Source: Raphidiopsis brookii D9 (GTDB lineage Bacteria; Cyanobacteriota; Cyanobacteriia; Cyanobacteriales; Nostocaceae). Taken from it: a stretch of DNA of 32,000 bases. This document shows positions 28,756-32,000 of the stretch, in pieces (the first letter of the stretch is position 1; each line of letters opens with the position of its first letter). The notes beneath the pieces are model-generated. The model saw only the letters and a list, made by a program, of their open reading frames with translations. It was not told the origin of the DNA and made no database searches. The DNA lies in the NCBI GenBank assembly GCA_000175855.1, contig ACYB01000042.1, positions 120,001 to 152,000 on the forward strand, given 5' to 3'. The position numbers and the translations under genes were made by a program.

Positions 28756-29229
28756 TTACTGATTTTTTATATGTTTTAATAGTCCATTACAAGCATCCAT
28801 AAGTAAATCTATTACTTGATTAAATCCCTCTGGTCCTCCATAATAGGGATCAGGGACTTCCTGAAGACTGTGTTCGGAACAAAAGTCACACATAAGACGG
28901 ACTTTGTGATGATACTTTCCTGAAGAGTCTAGAGATAGAATATCTCGATAGTTATCTTTATCCATGGCCAAAATCAGGTCAAAATCCTCAAAGTCAGATT
29001 TTTGGAACTGACGGGCTTTTCCAAGCAGGTCAATACCCAATTTAGCAGATGCAGCCGCGCTCATTCTTCTATCAGGTGGACTGCCAATGTGGTAGTTGGA
29101 AGTGCCAGCGGAATCACAATGAATTTCATTACTTAAATTTGCTTTATCGATTAGATAATTCATAATATTCTCCGCTGATGGAGAACGACAAATATTGCCA
29201 AGACAGACAAAAAGTAACTTAGATGACAT
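28756..29229 (-). CDS. Low-molecular-weight protein-tyrosine phosphatase
   Basis: LLFVCLGNICRSPSAE (CX5R-S P-loop) and the DPYYG Asp loop. Confidence 0.88.
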   Translation of the reverse strand: MSSKLLFVCLGNICRSPSAENIMNYLIDKANLSNEIHCDSAGTSNYHIGSPPDRRMSAAASAKLGIDLLGKARQFQKSDFEDFDLILAMDKDNYRDILSLDSSGKYHHKVRLMCDFCSEHSLQEVPDPYYGGPEGFNQVIDLLMDACNGLLKHIKNQ

Positions 29230-29456
29230 GATTTACGGATTTAGCAGCAGCATTATAGTACCACCAGATGGGCAAATTCAGCAAAAAACTAGAGTAGGTA
29301 AAATCAGGTAATAGTTAAGAAAAGATAAAATACCCTTGCTATAAGACCAAAGTTTGTAGTTTTATAAAGTATAATTAACAAAAAGATAAACTAACCTAGG
29401 TAATAAAAACCGCCCTATGATGGCTAATATTGCCTGGAAATGGGTGATTGGAATTA

Positions 29457-29484
29457 TTTTATGGGATTTAGATATCCCATAAAA
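29457..29484. promoter_or_regulatory. Perfect 11-bp inverted repeat TTTTATGGGAT-N6-ATCCCATAAAA upstream of the ABC1 kinase gene (candidate operator or hairpin)
   Basis: Read directly from the sequence. Its end lies 68 nt upstream of the GTG start at 29553, in the divergent intergenic region. Confidence 0.3.
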
Positions 29485-29552
29485 AGGGGCAATATACCCA
29501 CGTAAACAGTTAGTAAATAAAAGCTCAAATTCCCAGTTGTAGAGGCAAAGAC

Positions 29553-31262
29553 GTGGGTCAGTACCAACCTGCTCAATTAAAGCAGTATAATCCAGAAGCG
29601 ATCGCAAGTTACTATCGTTACCGTCCCTGGTTAGCTTTAGCAAGATTGCTGAGAATACTATTTTCTTTTGCGGTCTTTATATTCAGCCTTCAGTGGGATG
29701 AATGGCGAAATCAGGTTGAGGAAAATAGGGGAAAAAGAGCCACCCAGTTGCGAAAACTGTTAACCAACCTAGGTCCAACATTCATCAAAGTTGGTCAAGC
29801 TCTATCTACTCGACCAGACTTAATCCGTAAGGACTTTTTGGAGGAACTGGTAAAACTGCAAGACCAGTTACCACCGTTTGACCACGATATAGCCCTAAAT
29901 ATTATAGAAACGAATCTCAATAGGTCCATTGATGAGATATTTACCAAACTATCACCGCAACCAGTAGCAGCAGCTAGTTTGGGTCAGGTATATAGAGGGA
30001 CTTTAGTGACAGGTGAAGAAGTCGCTATCAAGGTACAACGCCCTAACCTGAGACCAATCATCACAAAAGACCTATACTTAATGCGGTGGGCAGCTAGCTG
30101 GTTAAGTCCCTGGTTACCTCTCAATCTTGGTCATGACTTAACACTAATTGTGGATGAATTTGGCACCAAATTATTTGAAGAGATAGACTACATGAATGAA
30201 GGGCGTAATGCAGAGAAATTCGCCCATAATTTTCGCAACAACCCGCAAGTAAAAGTACCAGTTATTTACTGGAGTTATAGTAGTCATCGAGTTTTAACCC
30301 TGGAATGGATTAATGGTTATAAACTCACGGATACCGAAAGGATTCGTCAAGCTGGTTTAAATCCTGAAGGTATTATTCAAATTGGGGTTACTTCTGGTTT
30401 ACAACAGCTATTAGAATATGGCTTTTTCCATGCGGATCCCCATCCGGGTAACTTATTTGCAGTGGATGATGGTCGCATGGCCTACATTGACTTTGGCATG
30501 ATGGATCAGTTGGAGGAAACAACTAAGGAAACCTTGGTGGATGCGCTGGTGCATCTTGTGAATAAGGACTACGCCGATCTAGCGGAAGATTTTGTCAGTT
30601 TGGGTTTTTTAGCCCCCGGGACAAATATTAGTCCTATTGTTCCAGCGTTAGAAGCGGTTTTGGGGAATGCTATTGGTAAGAATGTTGGGGATTTTAACTT
30701 TAAAACTATCACCGATGAATTTTCGGAATTAATGTATGATTACCCCTTTCGAGTCCCCGCCAAATTTGCTTTGATTATTCGCTCCCTGGTAACCCAGGAA
30801 GGAATTGCGTTGAGTCTTAACCGCAATTTTAAAATTGTGGAAGTTGGCTATCCATACATAGCACGTCGTCTACTGACTGGTGAATCACCTGCTTTAAGGA
30901 GACGGTTATTGAACGTACTATTTAAAAATGGTAAGTTCCAATGGCAAAGGTTAGAAAATTTGATTTCCATTGCTCGTACAGATGGGGAGTTTGATGTGGT
31001 TCCCACCGCGAAAATGGGTTTACAGTATTTACTTTCTGAAGAAGGTAAATTCTTACGTCGTCAATTGGTTTTAGCGTTGACCGAAGACGACCGTTTGCAT
31101 ACTGATGAGATACAAAGATTATGGGAGTTAGTCAAAGATGATTTACCGCCCAATCGTTTATTCAACGTAGCTCTGAATATGTTGACCGAGTTCTCTCGGG
31201 AAAGTGTAGCAGCTATTTTACCCAGAGCAGGTTCTTTTCTTTCCTCTGTTATAGCTGAATAA
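29553..31262 (+). CDS. ABC1/UbiB (AarF-domain) atypical kinase family protein
   Basis: YNPEAIASYYRYRPW, LGPTFIKVGQALSTRPDL, AAASLGQVY.G....GEEVAIKVQRP and FHADPHPGNL are hallmark ABC1 motifs. GTG start. Confidence 0.88.
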   Translation: MGQYQPAQLKQYNPEAIASYYRYRPWLALARLLRILFSFAVFIFSLQWDEWRNQVEENRGKRATQLRKLLTNLGPTFIKVGQALSTRPDLIRKDFLEELVKLQDQLPPFDHDIALNIIETNLNRSIDEIFTKLSPQPVAAASLGQVYRGTLVTGEEVAIKVQRPNLRPIITKDLYLMRWAASWLSPWLPLNLGHDLTLIVDEFGTKLFEEIDYMNEGRNAEKFAHNFRNNPQVKVPVIYWSYSSHRVLTLEWINGYKLTDTERIRQAGLNPEGIIQIGVTSGLQQLLEYGFFHADPHPGNLFAVDDGRMAYIDFGMMDQLEETTKETLVDALVHLVNKDYADLAEDFVSLGFLAPGTNISPIVPALEAVLGNAIGKNVGDFNFKTITDEFSELMYDYPFRVPAKFALIIRSLVTQEGIALSLNRNFKIVEVGYPYIARRLLTGESPALRRRLLNVLFKNGKFQWQRLENLISIARTDGEFDVVPTAKMGLQYLLSEEGKFLRRQLVLALTEDDRLHTDEIQRLWELVKDDLPPNRLFNVALNMLTEFSRESVAAILPRAGSFLSSVIAE

Positions 31263-31310
31263 TAGCCTAGTTCGTTTTTGTTGATTAGTTTTTAAAAATC
31301 AGGAGTTTTC

Positions 31311-31685
31311 ATGTATTACTATCCTCTCCAACCACCTTATATTTTGCTACTGGTAGGTTTTCTGGCCGCGTTAACTTCTGGTTTTGCTTTGTCTGGTACC
31401 CTAAAGGTAATTGTGCAAAAATGGCCAGCTAATCAAATAGAACCCATTAAATCAGCTGGTTCTTTGAAAAAATTGTTATTGCCATTTATAGGAATTACAG
31501 GGGGCGTTTGTTTATTTATGTCTTCTGGGTTAGAAATATTTGGTTTTCCCTCCCCCCTCGCTTTGGGTATAGGTCTACCATTGAGTTTGGCAACTTGTTT
31601 GTTTGTCTGGTTCCAACTGGGTAGTTTACTAGAGTTTGTTAGTAATCGTGGAATGCAATCTCTTGATTTAGATTCTTGGTCTTAA
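31311..31685 (+). CDS. Small hypothetical membrane protein (about 4 TM segments)
   Basis: ATG is preceded by AGGAG 7 nt upstream. The 124-aa ORF is hydrophobic. No family recognised. Confidence 0.55.
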   Translation: MYYYPLQPPYILLLVGFLAALTSGFALSGTLKVIVQKWPANQIEPIKSAGSLKKLLLPFIGITGGVCLFMSSGLEIFGFPSPLALGIGLPLSLATCLFVWFQLGSLLEFVSNRGMQSLDLDSWS

Positions 31686-31709
31686 AGGTTCTCCAGAATC
31701 GTTGTTAAA

Positions 31710-31730
31710 TCTCTCCTCTTAGAGGAGAGA
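31710..31730 (+). terminator. Candidate intrinsic terminator hairpin after the small membrane protein gene
   Basis: Perfect 9-bp stem TCTCTCCTC-TTA-GAGGAGAGA, 25 nt after the stop, followed by GGTTTAATAATTTC (weak U-tract). Confidence 0.45.
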
Positions 31731-31772
31731 GGTTTAATAATTTCTATATAAGATATAAATGAGGCAAAAATA

Positions 31773-32000
31773 ATGCAAATCATTCAATTATCAGCACTGT
31801 CTGATAACTATATATTTCTCCTATACGATTCATATCATAATATTGCTGCTGTTGTCGATCCCGCTCAACCAGAACCAGTTATAGAAAAACTTACGGAATT
31901 ACAATGCAATTTGGTCGCCATTTTTAATACCCATCATCATCATGACCATGTGGGAGGTAATCAGAAATTAATTGAAAAATTTCCCCAGGTGACCATATAT
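31773..32000 (+). CDS. gloB: Hydroxyacylglutathione hydrolase (glyoxalase II), 5' part only; runs off the window
   Basis: My own translation from the ATG at 31773: MQIIQLSALSDNYIFLLYDSYHNIAAVVDPAQPEPVIEKL...AIFNTHHHHDHVGGN. This is the typical GloB N-terminus with the metallo-beta-lactamase THxHxDH motif. It is not in the track because there is no stop in the window. Confidence 0.88.
   Translation, partial: MQIIQLSALSDNYIFLLYDSYHNIAAVVDPAQPEPVIEKLTELQCNLVAIFNTHHHHDHVGGNQKLIEKFPQVTIY

Noticed and set aside
29362-29643. 93-aa minus-strand ORF
   Set aside because: It overlaps the 5' end of the well-supported ABC1 kinase gene on the opposite strand, spans the intergenic palindrome, and has no recognisable motif.
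1-32000. Search for a CRISPR array, transposase/IS ends, phage or toxin-antitoxin/defence modules, and NtcA (GTA-N8-TAC) sites in the intergenic regions
   Set aside because: No regularly spaced direct repeats, terminal inverted repeats, recombinase-like ORFs or small paired ORFs were seen. The GTA...TAC-like strings found (near 1658 and 27757) have the wrong spacing or wrong half-sites.

Overview
This looks like a core-chromosome window from a filamentous, Nostocales-type cyanobacterium. Evidence for that: it is AT-rich, it carries at least 17 copies of the HIP1 octamer GCGATCGC, and a short kaiA, kaiB and kaiC are followed by a TolC/HgdD-like gene, the order I recall from Anabaena PCC 7120. 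Almost all of the window is ordinary, densely packed housekeeping and photosynthesis-associated coding sequence: pcyA, a CyanoP/PsbP-like gene, a PSII S4-domain gene, ycf20-like, ictB-like, cydAB, pdxA, smpB, maf, gloB, a GLYK-type kinase, an ABC1 kinase, a GT39 glycosyltransferase, a NarL-type response regulator, an LMW phosphatase and tRNA-Lys(UUU). I found no CRISPR array, transposase, integrase, phage gene or recognisable defence gene, and I cannot support a claim of a novel multi-gene system here. Four observations stand out. (1) Three unrelated genes (a B12-radical-SAM gene, the TolC/HgdD-like gene and a lipoprotein gene) are each broken by a single-nucleotide shift inside a short homopolymer, and shifting the frame restores a clean protein in each case. 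(2) A large sensor histidine kinase with an intact kinase core and three degenerate receiver-like modules is encoded divergently next to the pseudo-receiver-less kaiA. (3) There is an orphan DhaM-HPr-Enzyme I fusion protein with no PTS or dha partners nearby. (4) tRNA-Lys ends only 18 nt upstream of the psbP-like start codon. All functional calls come from reading the translations by eye; no database search was possible.
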